Assembly (NCBI GenBank): GCA_963727455.1
Contig: CAVSGG010000008.1
Coordinates: forward strand, 438,377-502,376
Source: Candidatus Krumholzibacteriota bacterium
GTDB lineage: Bacteria > Krumholzibacteriota > Krumholzibacteriia > JAJRXK01
Direction: 5' to 3'
Length of the DNA stretch: 64,000 bases
Part shown: piece by piece, positions 29,033 through 39,519 of the stretch
Layout of the letters: each line of letters opens with the position of its first letter
Position numbering within the stretch: position 1 is the stretch's first letter
Translations under genes and position numbers: made by a program
Notes under the pieces: model-generated
What the model saw: only the letters and a program-made list of their open reading frames with translations
The model's database searches: none
Told to the model about the DNA's origin: nothing

Positions 29033-30643
29033 TCAGCGGCTGACGCGGGACATGAGATTACGGACTCTGGTCGCGACGACCTGCCGGGTGCGCCGTCGCC
29101 AGTCGACACCGACCACCTCTTTGGGAAGAACGATCCAAGCGATGAGGGTTCCCCCCATGGCGGTCAGGATGGAGTCGACGAGGAGTAAGGACCAGCTGTC
29201 GGGTCGCCAGGCGTGGGTGGCGCCCCAGCCACTCGCGAGAGTGGCGAAGAACACGATGAGCCCCGGCCCCAGCGCTTGCACGTAAAGTTGGCGAATGGAG
29301 TAACTCAGGACTCGGCTCATGTAGGAAGGGAACCAGAAGAGATCGATCAGCAGATAAGCGACTAGAGTTGCAATGGCCACTCCGTAGATCTCGTAATAGC
29401 GCATGAGGACCAGGCTCAACAAAACCTTCAGAATCCCCGATCCCACTCGCATCGTGTTATAGGTTCCGATCCGCGCCGTGCCAGTGAGCACCGAATAGCC
29501 GAGCCGGGAATTTGGATTGAAGAGCTGCGGAAAGATCAAAATGGCCATGAGTACGCCGCATTCTCCATACTGGGGCCCGATCCAGAGCCGAAAGAACGCC
29601 TGCCCCAGAATGATACCGCCGGCAGCCAGAATCCCGCCCATCGCATACATAAATACGCTTCCCTCGAGAAATACGGTTCGAACTCCGCGCGTTCCACTGC
29701 GGGCGAAGCTCTGCGCGGCATAGGGATCGACGACGCGCACGATGCTGCTGACGAAACTCCCGACGTATCGCAACATCGTGGAGGCCAAGGCATACACCGT
29801 GATACGTTCGGGCGGGAAGTAGATGCCGATGAGCACGAGATCGGCCTGCGTCATCAGCAGATCGGCTCCGATCCCCATCAGCGATTTTCCACCGAAGGTG
29901 AAGAGTGCTCGCAGAGCCGCGCGATCCGCCTTGCGCAAGTCGAGGCGCCAATGCGGCTCCTGCCGGCGCGCGGCCAAGTAGTAGAGCACTCCGGTGAGGA
30001 CCGCGACTCCGAGGGTGAGATAGGCCAGCGCAAGAATCCCGAATCCCGCCTTGAACAAGATCACAATGAGGCCCGCGCGCAGAATCAAACCACCCACCGC
30101 GATGCCGTTCATCGTGTCAAAACGCTGATTGGCAACCAGGAGACAGCTAAATACCGCAAAGCCGAAAGTCGCGCCCACCGCCATCGACGCGATCACGATG
30201 GTATGCCGCGCCAATTGCAACAGGTTCGGCGGAATGTTGAACTTGTCCGCGCCAAAGACCGCTACCAGGACACCTCCCAGCGCGCAGAGTCCCGCGGCAG
30301 GCAAGAGAATGCTCAGTGCCGCGTTTACATAGCGCGTCTCCATCTTGGGATCTTCATGTCCGATTGCGTAAGCGAGGTAGCGGGTGGTGGCGCTTTGAAT
30401 TCCACCCGCAAAGAGTCCGTAGTGACCAGTGAACGCCACGATGAGCGACCAGACTCCATAGAGCCGATCGCCCAGATTCCTCACGATGAAGGGCGCCATT
30501 ACGAAACCGATTACGAGCGGAAAGAAGAAGCCCGCCTGATTTGCAACGAGATTTCCAAACACCCTGCGGCTCAGGGATGACTGCGGCCGTGACACCTCTA
30601 AAGGTGTCTGCGGAGCTTCGGTCTCGATACGGTCCGATTTCAT
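29033..30643 (-). CDS. Polysaccharide flippase (Wzx/MOP family)
   Basis: PFIVRNLGDRLYGVW, about 12-14 transmembrane segments; ATGA overlap with the GT2 gene. Confidence 0.85.
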   Translation of the reverse strand: MKSDRIETEAPQTPLEVSRPQSSLSRRVFGNLVANQAGFFFPLVIGFVMAPFIVRNLGDRLYGVWSLIVAFTGHYGLFAGGIQSATTRYLAYAIGHEDPKMETRYVNAALSILLPAAGLCALGGVLVAVFGADKFNIPPNLLQLARHTIVIASMAVGATFGFAVFSCLLVANQRFDTMNGIAVGGLILRAGLIVILFKAGFGILALAYLTLGVAVLTGVLYYLAARRQEPHWRLDLRKADRAALRALFTFGGKSLMGIGADLLMTQADLVLIGIYFPPERITVYALASTMLRYVGSFVSSIVRVVDPYAAQSFARSGTRGVRTVFLEGSVFMYAMGGILAAGGIILGQAFFRLWIGPQYGECGVLMAILIFPQLFNPNSRLGYSVLTGTARIGTYNTMRVGSGILKVLLSLVLMRYYEIYGVAIATLVAYLLIDLFWFPSYMSRVLSYSIRQLYVQALGPGLIVFFATLASGWGATHAWRPDSWSLLLVDSILTAMGGTLIAWIVLPKEVVGVDWRRRTRQVVATRVRNLMSRVSR

Positions 30644-31626
30644 GCTGCCGTACGTTCCCGATAGTGTGAACTGAGGCGGCTCAGGCTGAGGGAGAGGAAC
30701 TTGGCCAGCGGCGGAGGAAGAGACATCACGGCGTTCTTCAAGCTGAGTTTCAAATCCCACCGGGATCTGGGAACTTCATGGATCAAGTTGCGAAACGCCG
30801 GGACATCGGCGCACTCAAAGGCCACCTCGGCCGCGACCCGGCTCCGATAGGAAATCTCATCGTCGATGATGGCGGAGTAGTCCACCTTGGTGGCATGGCT
30901 GGCGCGAGCGTGATACAGGATTTCGATCTCCCCCTGCAGAGTTGCCAGTAAGTCCCCGGAGAAATTCTGCCCATGCCTCCTAATTCCCACTGTGGCCGCC
31001 TCCAAGGCAGCCACTTTCGAGTGTTCCACACTGCGCAAGATGAAGTCGAGGTCCTCCGAAGGGGTGCGGCTGAATTGGGGATCGAAGCCCCCGACGCTCT
31101 CGAAATGCTTCCGCGACATCACCACCGCCGAGGGAAAGATCGGTTGAAAACGCAACACCCGGCCGTACATGTCATCGATCGGCCACCAGCCTCCAGGAAT
31201 GACCTCCGCCCCGACCCAAAAGCCCTCCGGTGCCTCCTCGAACTTGGATCGTTCCTCCCAAACTCCGTCTCGCACGATGCGGAAGTTGGAGAAGGAGAAA
31301 GGGACCTCGCCGAATCGCTCTCTCAACTCGGCATGCAGTTCCAGGTGATTTGCTGCCCATAGATCGTCGCTGTCACAGAAGACCACCCACGGCGAACGGC
31401 TCAAGGAAAAACCGTGATTCCGTGCCCGGCAGACCCCTCCATTTCGAACTCTGGTGTACTGAACCGCGTCACCGAAGGGGGCGATGACCCGCTGCGTCTC
31501 ATCCGTCGATCCGTCGTCCACGACGATGATTTCTTGTGGAGGTAGACTCTGGCTCAGGATGCTGCGAATCGTCTCACCGATGAGGTGAGCCCGATTGTAA
31601 CTGGGGATGATCACGCTGATGTCCAT
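30640..31626 (-). CDS. Glycosyltransferase family 2
   Basis: SVIIPSYNR, VVDDGSTD, ARNHG, FCDSDD, SED. Confidence 0.93.
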   Translation of the reverse strand: MDISVIIPSYNRAHLIGETIRSILSQSLPPQEIIVVDDGSTDETQRVIAPFGDAVQYTRVRNGGVCRARNHGFSLSRSPWVVFCDSDDLWAANHLELHAELRERFGEVPFSFSNFRIVRDGVWEERSKFEEAPEGFWVGAEVIPGGWWPIDDMYGRVLRFQPIFPSAVVMSRKHFESVGGFDPQFSRTPSEDLDFILRSVEHSKVAALEAATVGIRRHGQNFSGDLLATLQGEIEILYHARASHATKVDYSAIIDDEISYRSRVAAEVAFECADVPAFRNLIHEVPRSRWDLKLSLKNAVMSLPPPLAKFLSLSLSRLSSHYRERTAA

Positions 31627-31653
31627 GCCTGCCTCGAAGGTGTTCGGACCGGA

Positions 31654-32613
31654 TCAATCTCGGCGAGAGACGCCGCCGCCAGATACCTTTCGGCTCGCGC
31701 GATGCTGGGCCATCGCTCCCAGAATGCTCCAGAGTTTCGTCTCCCACGCAAACGCGACTGTAGGCGAGCGAAACAGCCAACGCCATCCACTGGCAAGCGC
31801 ATACTCGGCCGCCTGGCGATAGAGGTAGCGCGGAACACCCAAAAAGAACGCCCCTTCCGCGGGAAACTGAGTACCTCTCAAAACGGAACTCCGACCGTGG
31901 GCATAGAACCAGCGGCGAAAGTAGTTGAGCCGCGTGCGACGAGAGCCGAAGCAGTGCAGGACCACGCTCTCCGGCTGATAGTACACGCGCCGGCCTGCAC
32001 GCAAAATCCTATCGCACATCTCCGTGTCCTCACCCATCAGGAGACCGCTCCCGGCGCGATTCAGGGTAACGGACCAGCGACCCAGTTTGTCCACCGTGTC
32101 CCTGAGGATTGCGACGTTCGCTCCGAAGAAACCGTCGTCGCCGATCTTCAAATCGAGAGGCTCGTTCCCCAGGTCCAGAAGGGCCAGGGCCGGATCGAGC
32201 CTGGACGAGTACCAGGAGGGAACGCCGCCGGGCCAACGAGGCAGAATTCGCCCGAAGACCGCGTCGACAGCCTGCGCCTCGAAGGCCTGAAGCGTGGCCC
32301 TGAGCCAAGCGGGGTCAGCCTCGACGTCATCGTCGGTGAGAAACACGATCCGTCCCTCACAGAGATCGAGGCCGCTATTTAACGCGTGGCTCTTGCCCTG
32401 CTTCTCCTCACGACCAGCAACCAGAGGTAAACGCTCCTGGAACGAGGCGATGGTCTCCTGGGTTTGGTCGGTCGAGGAGTTATCCACTACGACGACCTGC
32501 CAGCGCAAACCCGGCTCGACCTCGAGCCGCACGAAGCTCTCGAGAGTCCTCCGCAGGCTCTCCGAGCGGTTGTAGGTGCACACGAGGATCGAGAGGTCCA
32601 TCTGCGTCATCAA
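31654..32613 (-). CDS. Glycosyltransferase family 2
   Basis: ILVCTYNR, VVDNSSTD, FLTDDD, GAN, GEDTE. Confidence 0.93.
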   Translation of the reverse strand: MMTQMDLSILVCTYNRSESLRRTLESFVRLEVEPGLRWQVVVVDNSSTDQTQETIASFQERLPLVAGREEKQGKSHALNSGLDLCEGRIVFLTDDDVEADPAWLRATLQAFEAQAVDAVFGRILPRWPGGVPSWYSSRLDPALALLDLGNEPLDLKIGDDGFFGANVAILRDTVDKLGRWSVTLNRAGSGLLMGEDTEMCDRILRAGRRVYYQPESVVLHCFGSRRTRLNYFRRWFYAHGRSSVLRGTQFPAEGAFFLGVPRYLYRQAAEYALASGWRWLFRSPTVAFAWETKLWSILGAMAQHRASRKVSGGGVSRRD

Positions 32614-32904
32614 TTCCGGGCAAAAGACAGGAACGTCTCTCCGTGGCAGAGAGTGGCGTTATGTCCCTAGCATGCTTCGAGCCTAAGGGGTGTTTCCCAA
32701 AATGTCACCTAAGTGAACAGAGGACCCCGAGATAGCCGATTCAATCCGGTAGTTTCTTCTCGCGAGAGAGCGAGCGCTTATCCCCGCGACCGAACGGACC
32801 GTGGTCGCGCTGGCGCAGGCCTGCTACACTCCCTCCTCCCCACGGGACAGAAGCTGCGCGGCGGATGTCCGCCGTTCTCCTCCCCCGAGCCAATAGGAAG
32901 TGCG

Positions 32905-34293
32905 ATGTACCTGCTTAGGCCGTTGCCCCTCGCCCGACGCGTTCTGCGACCCTTGGCGATCTTGCTCGCGGGCGCTCTCGTCCTTCTTTCCATCTCCTTC
33001 GGCAGTGCCACCGCAGCGGACCCCCCACCCGAAATTCAAGAGCACGTGCTTCAGAACGGGATGAAGGTGCTGCTCTGGCCGGTGAGCAGCATCCCGAACC
33101 TCTCCCTCTATACCTTTTGGCACGTCGGCAGCCGCAACGAGGCTCCCGGCATCACCGGCCTGGCTCACTTCTTCGAGCACATGATGTTCAACGGATCCAA
33201 GCACTACCCTCCGGGAGCTTTCGACCGCACGATGGAGGCAGCGGGAGGATCCAACAACGCGTATACGAGCCGGAACCTCACGGTCTACCAGGATTGGATT
33301 CCGGCCAGCGCCCTGGCAACGACGCTCGACCTGGAGGCGGACCGCATCGCTTCCCTCTCCATAGATCCGAAGGTCGTCGAGAGCGAGCGCGGCGTGGTGA
33401 TGAGCGAAAGACGAAGGAGCATCGAGGATTCTAATCCGCGGCTCATGCTGCTGCAGCTCTGGGCCGCGGCTTTCACGGCCCATCCCTACCAGTGGCCTGT
33501 CATCGGTTGGCGCAGCGACATCGAGAATTGGCGCCAGGAAGATCTCGAGACCTTCCACGAGCGCTTCTACGCGCCCAACAACGCCACGATGGTCCTGGTG
33601 GGCGCCTTCGATCCCGACGAGGTGCTCCCCATGATGCGCGAAAAACTGGGCACCATCCCCGCGCGTGAAATCGGCCGTGACGTGGTGACCGTAGAACCCG
33701 AGCAGCATGGAGAGCGACGCGTGATCCTGCACAAAGAGGCGCAGTTGGCGAGCGTGGCCATGGCCTGGCACGTTCCGCAGGCATCGAGTGAGGACTATCC
33801 CGCCCTGCGGCTGCTGGATCTCGTCCTCACGAACGGGGAGAGCTCACGGCTCTATCGTCGACTCGTCGACCAGGATCAGACGGCTCTGTCGATCTGGGGG
33901 GATTTGGGTGAGGCCTTCGATCCCACGCTCTACACCCTCTTCGCGGAAGTCAGAAAGGACGCATCGAGCGTCGAGATCGAGAACGCGCTCTATGAGGAAA
34001 TCGACCGGGTAGCGAAGGAGGGAATCGAGGAGCGCGAGCTGCAAAAGGCCAAGAACATCCTCTTGGCCGACTTTTACCGTGGACTCTCCACTTTGAGCGG
34101 CAAGGCACAATCGCTGGGCGATTACGAGATGTTTCACGACGGATGGCGCCACCTTTTCAGCGCGGCGGATGATTACGAAAAGGTGAGCGCCGATGATCTA
34201 AAACGCGTCGCCGCCCGCTACCTCACCCAGGACAACCGTACCGTCGTCACTCTCGTCCCGATTCAAGCGGAGCAATCCGATGAGAACAACTAG
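32905..34293 (+). CDS. M16 (pitrilysin-like) zinc peptidase, active subunit
   Basis: HFFEH inverted zincin, NAYTS, ERGVVMSERR, YAPNNA; signal peptide. Confidence 0.93.
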   Translation: MYLLRPLPLARRVLRPLAILLAGALVLLSISFGSATAADPPPEIQEHVLQNGMKVLLWPVSSIPNLSLYTFWHVGSRNEAPGITGLAHFFEHMMFNGSKHYPPGAFDRTMEAAGGSNNAYTSRNLTVYQDWIPASALATTLDLEADRIASLSIDPKVVESERGVVMSERRRSIEDSNPRLMLLQLWAAAFTAHPYQWPVIGWRSDIENWRQEDLETFHERFYAPNNATMVLVGAFDPDEVLPMMREKLGTIPAREIGRDVVTVEPEQHGERRVILHKEAQLASVAMAWHVPQASSEDYPALRLLDLVLTNGESSRLYRRLVDQDQTALSIWGDLGEAFDPTLYTLFAEVRKDASSVEIENALYEEIDRVAKEGIEERELQKAKNILLADFYRGLSTLSGKAQSLGDYEMFHDGWRHLFSAADDYEKVSADDLKRVAARYLTQDNRTVVTLVPIQAEQSDENN

Positions 34294-35749
34294 TCAGCCT
34301 GCGCTCGATTTCAGCTCGAACTCGCATCTTTGGTCGTACGGAGCGTTCTTGCGCGTTCTCAGCCTCGTGCTGTTCGTCGCTTGCCTCGAAGCAACGCTCT
34401 TTTGCACTTCGGCGCGGGCAGAAGCGCCCAGCTTGCAGCTGCCGGTGTACCAGACCCTCAAGCTGGACAACGGCCTAACGCTCCTGCTCATGAAGCACGG
34501 TGCGGAACCCCTGGTGAATTTGGAGATGTGGATCCTGGATGGCTCGGCCGCCGATCCCGCGAAGCACGCAGGGCTAGCCTCTCTGTGCGCGGAGTCGCTT
34601 CGCAAGGGCGCGGGGGAACGTGATGCCGCCGCATTTGCCGAAGCACTGGACTTTCTGGGCGCGAACCTATCGACTGGAGTCGACCACGACCGTACTGCGA
34701 TTTCCTTCCAGTGCCTCAGCAAGGACTTCGACGAAGGCTTGGCCCTCTTCGCCGATGCCCTGTTGCGACCGCGCTTCGACCCACAAGAGGTGCAGAAGCT
34801 GGCCCAGCAAATGTCAGAGGGCGTGAGCCAGGCCAAGGACAATCCTCGCTTCGTGCTCGATGAATATCACGATGCTCACCTCTACGGGGACCATCCCTAC
34901 GGCCAGCCGGTCGAAGGAACCGAGAAGAGCCTCACAGGGGTGAAGGCGGGAGAGCTTCGCTCCTTCTATCGCGATCACTATGGCGCCGACCGCGCCATCC
35001 TCGCGATTGTCGGGAACTTCGAAATGGATCACGCGACGAGCCTGGTGCAAAAGACCTTTGCCTCCATGCCGGCGGCACGGGTTGCTAGAGCCAAGGTTCT
35101 CCCGCCCAAGCCCGTGAAGGGACGGGATGTCTTGCTGGTGGACAAGCCCGATACGCCGCAGACCTGGTTCCATATCGGCAATCTCGGTCCCAAGTGGGGC
35201 AATCCGGATTACGCGGCGGTGGAACTCGTGCGCACGGTTTTCGGAGGGCGTTTTACCTCCTGGCTCAATACCAAGCTTCGCATCGAGAGCGGCCTCTCCT
35301 ATGGGGCGGGCTACACCATCGACCGCCGACGGCAGGCGGGATCGGCCTTCATCTCCTCCTTCACTGCCAAGGAGACGACGGAGAAGGCGCTGGATTTGGC
35401 TCTGGAGACCTTGAAGCGCCTGCACCAAGAGGGACTCAGTCAGGACGAGCTGAACTCGGCCAGGGCCTATCTGAAGGGACAAACTCCCTACCGCTACGAG
35501 TCGAACGGCTCTTTGGCGCGGGTCCTGTGCCTCATTACCGCTTACGGCTTGGGACCTGAGTTCGTAAACGGCAGGTTCGCCGCGCTCGACCGCGTCACCC
35601 TCGACGATTGCAAGGCCGCGATCGCCAAGTGGTACCCCGAGGAAAATCTCTCCTTCACCTGCATCGGCGTGGCGAGCGAAGTGAAGGACGTGTTGGCCAA
35701 GTACGGGAAGTTGCGAGTACGCGAAAACGACGAGCTCGGATTCCACTAG
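34280..35749 (+). CDS. M16 peptidase partner subunit lacking HxxEH
   Basis: LDNGL, HPYG, FTSWLNTKLRIESGLSYG (R-Y pair). Confidence 0.88.
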   Translation: MRTTSQPALDFSSNSHLWSYGAFLRVLSLVLFVACLEATLFCTSARAEAPSLQLPVYQTLKLDNGLTLLLMKHGAEPLVNLEMWILDGSAADPAKHAGLASLCAESLRKGAGERDAAAFAEALDFLGANLSTGVDHDRTAISFQCLSKDFDEGLALFADALLRPRFDPQEVQKLAQQMSEGVSQAKDNPRFVLDEYHDAHLYGDHPYGQPVEGTEKSLTGVKAGELRSFYRDHYGADRAILAIVGNFEMDHATSLVQKTFASMPAARVARAKVLPPKPVKGRDVLLVDKPDTPQTWFHIGNLGPKWGNPDYAAVELVRTVFGGRFTSWLNTKLRIESGLSYGAGYTIDRRRQAGSAFISSFTAKETTEKALDLALETLKRLHQEGLSQDELNSARAYLKGQTPYRYESNGSLARVLCLITAYGLGPEFVNGRFAALDRVTLDDCKAAIAKWYPEENLSFTCIGVASEVKDVLAKYGKLRVRENDELGFH

Positions 35750-35771
35750 GAGGAAATCACTCGAAACGGAG

Positions 35772-36146
35772 TCAGTTCTCGATGGCTTGTGGGCGCTGAT
35801 CGTCCCCGACGTTGACGTAGACTACCCGGGCTTCGGTTACCAGTACCGATTTCCGCAAGTCCTCGCATTGCGCGTGTACCCGCACCACCACCGTGATCGA
35901 GGTCCGTCCGATCTTCTCCACTTCCGCGTAGAAACTGACGAGGTCACCCACGCGGACCGGCTCGTGAAATTCGATCTGATCCATGGCGACGGTGACCACT
36001 TTACGGCAACCGGCCCGATGCGCCGCTACCGCTCCCGCCTGGTCGATGTACGAGAGAATGATGCCACCGAAAATGGTGCCGTGGGCGTTGGTGTCCCGCG
36101 GCATCATCAGCACTCGGATCTCGGGTTCGTTTTTCTCCGTCTTCAT
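35772..36146 (-). CDS. Acyl-CoA thioesterase (hotdog fold, YciA-like)
   Basis: DTNAHGTIFGG, GRTSITV. Confidence 0.92.
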   Translation of the reverse strand: MKTEKNEPEIRVLMMPRDTNAHGTIFGGIILSYIDQAGAVAAHRAGCRKVVTVAMDQIEFHEPVRVGDLVSFYAEVEKIGRTSITVVVRVHAQCEDLRKSVLVTEARVVYVNVGDDQRPQAIEN

Positions 36147-36338
36147 GGCGCAGTCAGCCTAGAGTTTTCGCACCAAACCGGCAAGTGTGGATCAAAGATG
36201 GGTTCCTTTGCCGTGAGAGGTGTGGCCAGGCTCCGCGCTTGGGCATATCATGCCCGCTGAAATCTCTACGATCGCCCATTGTGAGAGAGCCGAACCCCCT
36301 CGGACTGTCGAAGAAAGCTCATGGATGGAGGCATGACG

Positions 36339-36821
36339 ATGACGGAGTTGACGATCGGCCGCAAGGCACCGGCGTTCACCGCCAAGAACACCGACGGGAA
36401 AAGCGTTTCCCTGAACAAGGACATCGTGGGCAAGCCCGCGGTCATCTATTTCTATCCCAAGGACGATACTCCGGGTTGCACGAAGGAGGCTTGCTCGATT
36501 CGGGACCACTGGTCCGAGCTGAAGCGTCGTCACATCCAGGTGTACGGAGTCTCTCCCGACGACGCGGAGAGCCATGCGAAGTTTCGCGACAAGTTCAAGC
36601 TCCCCTTTCCCCTACTCTGCGATCCCGGCCACAAGATCGCCGAGAAGTACGGCGCCTGGGGCGAGAAGAACCTGTACGGCAAGAAGACCTTTGGAATCAA
36701 ACGCAGCACCTTCCTCTTGGACAAGGAAGGCCGCATTCAGCACATCTGGAAGAGACCGGACGTGAAGCGGCACGCCGAGCAGATTCTCGAGAAGCTCGAT
36801 GAGTTCAAAGCCAAGAAGTAG
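36339..36821 (+). CDS. bcp: Peroxiredoxin BCP/PrxQ
   Basis: YFYPKDDTPGCTKEAC; GGAGG SD favours the ATG at 36339. Confidence 0.92.
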   Translation: MTELTIGRKAPAFTAKNTDGKSVSLNKDIVGKPAVIYFYPKDDTPGCTKEACSIRDHWSELKRRHIQVYGVSPDDAESHAKFRDKFKLPFPLLCDPGHKIAEKYGAWGEKNLYGKKTFGIKRSTFLLDKEGRIQHIWKRPDVKRHAEQILEKLDEFKAKK

Positions 36822-38685
36822 CCGCTTTGTGATGCTGTGCGAGGGCGCGCTGGCTGGAGGGCTCTTCGGCGCGCTCGACGCACGTTGGGCGATTCAGGGT
36901 ACGCATCCGCCCCTTCTCTCCCCTTTCGAGTGGTGGAGCACCTGGATCGTAGCGCTCGCCCTGGGGGCAGCGTGGGGATGGGTCGCCGCCTTCGTGCTCT
37001 CGCTCTTGGCGAGACGCGCGACGGCGGCCGTCCACGGTCTCACCGTGGGAGCGGCCCTGGCTCCGCTGGTTTTCGCGGCGGTGTTCCTGCGCACGCGGCC
37101 CCACTTCGGGCCGGAAGGCAAAATGGCTACCCTCGCCGTGGCCAGCGGAATCGCCACCTTTTGTCTCGCGCTCCCCGTAGTTCTCTCACCCACTCTGCGA
37201 CGGCGATTGCTGCTCCCTTTGGGGCTCGTGCTCGCGTTTGCGGCCACTCTCAGCGGGGTACTGAAGGCGCCGCGGGCGACGGAAAACACCCCCGTTCCCG
37301 CCGAAACGACTGCGGACTCCACTCCCTCCCTTCTCCTCATCACCCTCGACACGACGCGCTTCGATCACCTTCCTCCGCAGGCACGGTTTCTCGATCCCAA
37401 AGGTTTCCTCGAGGGCCTCGATCGCAAGGCCACTCGCTGGGCCAACTTGACGGCACCCATTCCGCTGACCGGGCCCTCGCACAGCAGCCTCCTCACCGGG
37501 CTCACGCCCCTAGAGCACGGAGCCCAGGACAACGGCTGGCCCATCCGGCCGGGGGTGAGAACCTTGGCGCAAGAGCTTCGCGTCCGGGGATACCGTACCT
37601 GTGCGATCCTTTCGTCTGCGGTACTTCACCCCGATCTCTGTGGTCTGGATCGTGGCTTTGATGTTTATGACGATTCGTTCCGGCCCGCAGCGCCCATGCG
37701 ACGGCTAGCCGTCGTGGCCAGCGCCGAACGGATCGCGCGCTGGCTCACCCGGCGTTCCAGCGGACTGAGCCGACAGCGTCGTGCCCAGGAAACGGTGCAG
37801 AACGGCCTTCGCTTTTTGCGCCGGCATGGACGCCAACCCTTCTTCCTGTGGCTGCACTTCTACGACGCGCACGCCCCCTACCAACCCCTGGGCGCGCCCC
37901 CGACGCCGGGTGTTCTGCCCGCGCTCGCGCGCGAACCGACTCTGAGTGAAGACCCCGACTATTGGCAAAAGCGGCGCGCCTACGCGCAAGAGATCGAGGA
38001 AGTGGATCAGGCGCTCACGCGCCTCCAACGCGAACTGGCGCGCATGGACTTGCTGAAGCAAACTCTCATCGTGGTGGTCACCGACCACGGCGAGAGTTTC
38101 GGTACCCACGGCCACGGCTTCCGCTTCGATCACGGCGCCTATCTCTACGAAGACGAATTGCACCTCGCCGCGTGGTGGCTCGAACCAAACAGCGAGTCCC
38201 CTTCGCCGGGTGTCCATCAGGAGCAGAGTGAAGAGGGCGGGCAAACGCGCACGGTGACCCGCGCGGTGGGCGTGGATGCGCTGGGACGCGCGCTGCTGAG
38301 ACGTTTCGCGGTGCGGGCGGACAGTCTGAGCTTTCGCGGCTATAGCCTCTCGCACTCTTCGGTGGCGAACGACACCCTTTGGTTCGATCTGCGCCGGCCG
38401 GATTGCAAGTTGATCGCGGGCCGTACCCCCTCCGGCGCGATCCTCTACGAGGCGTACGACCTGCAGCACGATCCCGACGAAACCAGCAATCTGCTTCCGG
38501 ATTTCCAGCCCCCGAGCCGCCACCACGAAGCACTTCTCGGGTCGAGAGCACGCGTCGACTGGGAGAAGGACGAGACGATTCTCTCCAGCTACGCGCAGCG
38601 AATCCTGGAGAGTTTGAAGCAACCCCGGCCCGAGCTGTCCGAAAGTGCTCGCGCGCGCCTCAAGAGTCTGGGCTACCTGCGTTGA
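36799..38685 (+). CDS. Membrane-anchored sulfatase-like hydrolase
   Basis: N-terminal transmembrane segments; LITLDTTR, TGPSHSSLLTG (Thr at the usual Cys/Ser position), HFYDAHAPY, TDHGE, RLKSLGYL; start uncertain. Confidence 0.85.
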   Translation: MSSKPRSSRFVMLCEGALAGGLFGALDARWAIQGTHPPLLSPFEWWSTWIVALALGAAWGWVAAFVLSLLARRATAAVHGLTVGAALAPLVFAAVFLRTRPHFGPEGKMATLAVASGIATFCLALPVVLSPTLRRRLLLPLGLVLAFAATLSGVLKAPRATENTPVPAETTADSTPSLLLITLDTTRFDHLPPQARFLDPKGFLEGLDRKATRWANLTAPIPLTGPSHSSLLTGLTPLEHGAQDNGWPIRPGVRTLAQELRVRGYRTCAILSSAVLHPDLCGLDRGFDVYDDSFRPAAPMRRLAVVASAERIARWLTRRSSGLSRQRRAQETVQNGLRFLRRHGRQPFFLWLHFYDAHAPYQPLGAPPTPGVLPALAREPTLSEDPDYWQKRRAYAQEIEEVDQALTRLQRELARMDLLKQTLIVVVTDHGESFGTHGHGFRFDHGAYLYEDELHLAAWWLEPNSESPSPGVHQEQSEEGGQTRTVTRAVGVDALGRALLRRFAVRADSLSFRGYSLSHSSVANDTLWFDLRRPDCKLIAGRTPSGAILYEAYDLQHDPDETSNLLPDFQPPSRHHEALLGSRARVDWEKDETILSSYAQRILESLKQPRPELSESARARLKSLGYLR

Positions 38686-38919
38686 ACGAGGCCACAGCCT
38701 CCTCCCGTGCGGGAATGACCGAGTGGGAACAGGCATGATGGCATCTTCGCCTACGGCCCGGGCAGCCTCGAGCAGGAGTTCAGGGTGGTGCTTGTCGTTC
38801 TCTCCCGGTGCGGCTAAGTTCAACCGGAGCTTGGGCGGAAGCCGCGGAAGAGAAGATCCTGCGCCCTTTCGGCCCGGCCCCGATGTCCTCGCAGCCATTT
38901 TCCTTCGAGGTGTTCCGCG

Positions 38920-39519
38920 GTGAGCATGTCCGAACTCGAGCTGGACTTCGTGCGACAGGGGATTCGTTCCAGCATCGAGTTGAAACAATCTCTGTTGGAT
39001 CAGGCCGCAACCATCGCTGCGATGGCCAAGGCCGTCGCCGAGGCTCTTGGCCGAGGAGGCTCTCTTCTGGCCTTTGGAAACGGAGGCAGCGCCGCCGACG
39101 CGCAGCACATCGCCGCCGAACTCAGCGGCCGTTTCGAGCGGGAACGTCCACCGATGTCGGCCGAGGCCCTGACCGTGAATTCCAGCGCGATCACTGCCAT
39201 CGGGAACGACTACGGTTTCGAGGAGATCTTCGCGCGCCAACTCGAGGGACGCGCCCGGCCGGGAGACATTGCCCTGGGGATTTCGACCAGCGGGAACAGT
39301 CCCAACGTCCTGCGCGCCCTGAGGCTGGCCAAGACCAAGGGACTGCGCAGCTTGGGAATGACGGGAATCGGCGGGGGTAAGATGGCAAGCGAGGGAGTGT
39401 GTGATCATCTCCTGATGGTTCCCAGTTCGAACACCGCCCGGATCCAGGAATGCCACATCCTGGTGGGTCACCTTCTCTGCGGATGGCTCGAGAAAGAACT
39501 CCACGGCCGCACGCAATGA
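38920..39519 (+). CDS. gmhA: D-sedoheptulose-7-phosphate isomerase
   Basis: GNGGSAADAQH, GNDYGF, STSGNS, TARIQECH. Confidence 0.95.
   Translation: MSMSELELDFVRQGIRSSIELKQSLLDQAATIAAMAKAVAEALGRGGSLLAFGNGGSAADAQHIAAELSGRFERERPPMSAEALTVNSSAITAIGNDYGFEEIFARQLEGRARPGDIALGISTSGNSPNVLRALRLAKTKGLRSLGMTGIGGGKMASEGVCDHLLMVPSSNTARIQECHILVGHLLCGWLEKELHGRTQ

Noticed and set aside
37441-37500. Sulfatase lacking the formylglycine Cys/Ser as a novelty
   Set aside because: T-x-P-S-H variants are common among sulfatase-like alkaline phosphatase superfamily proteins.
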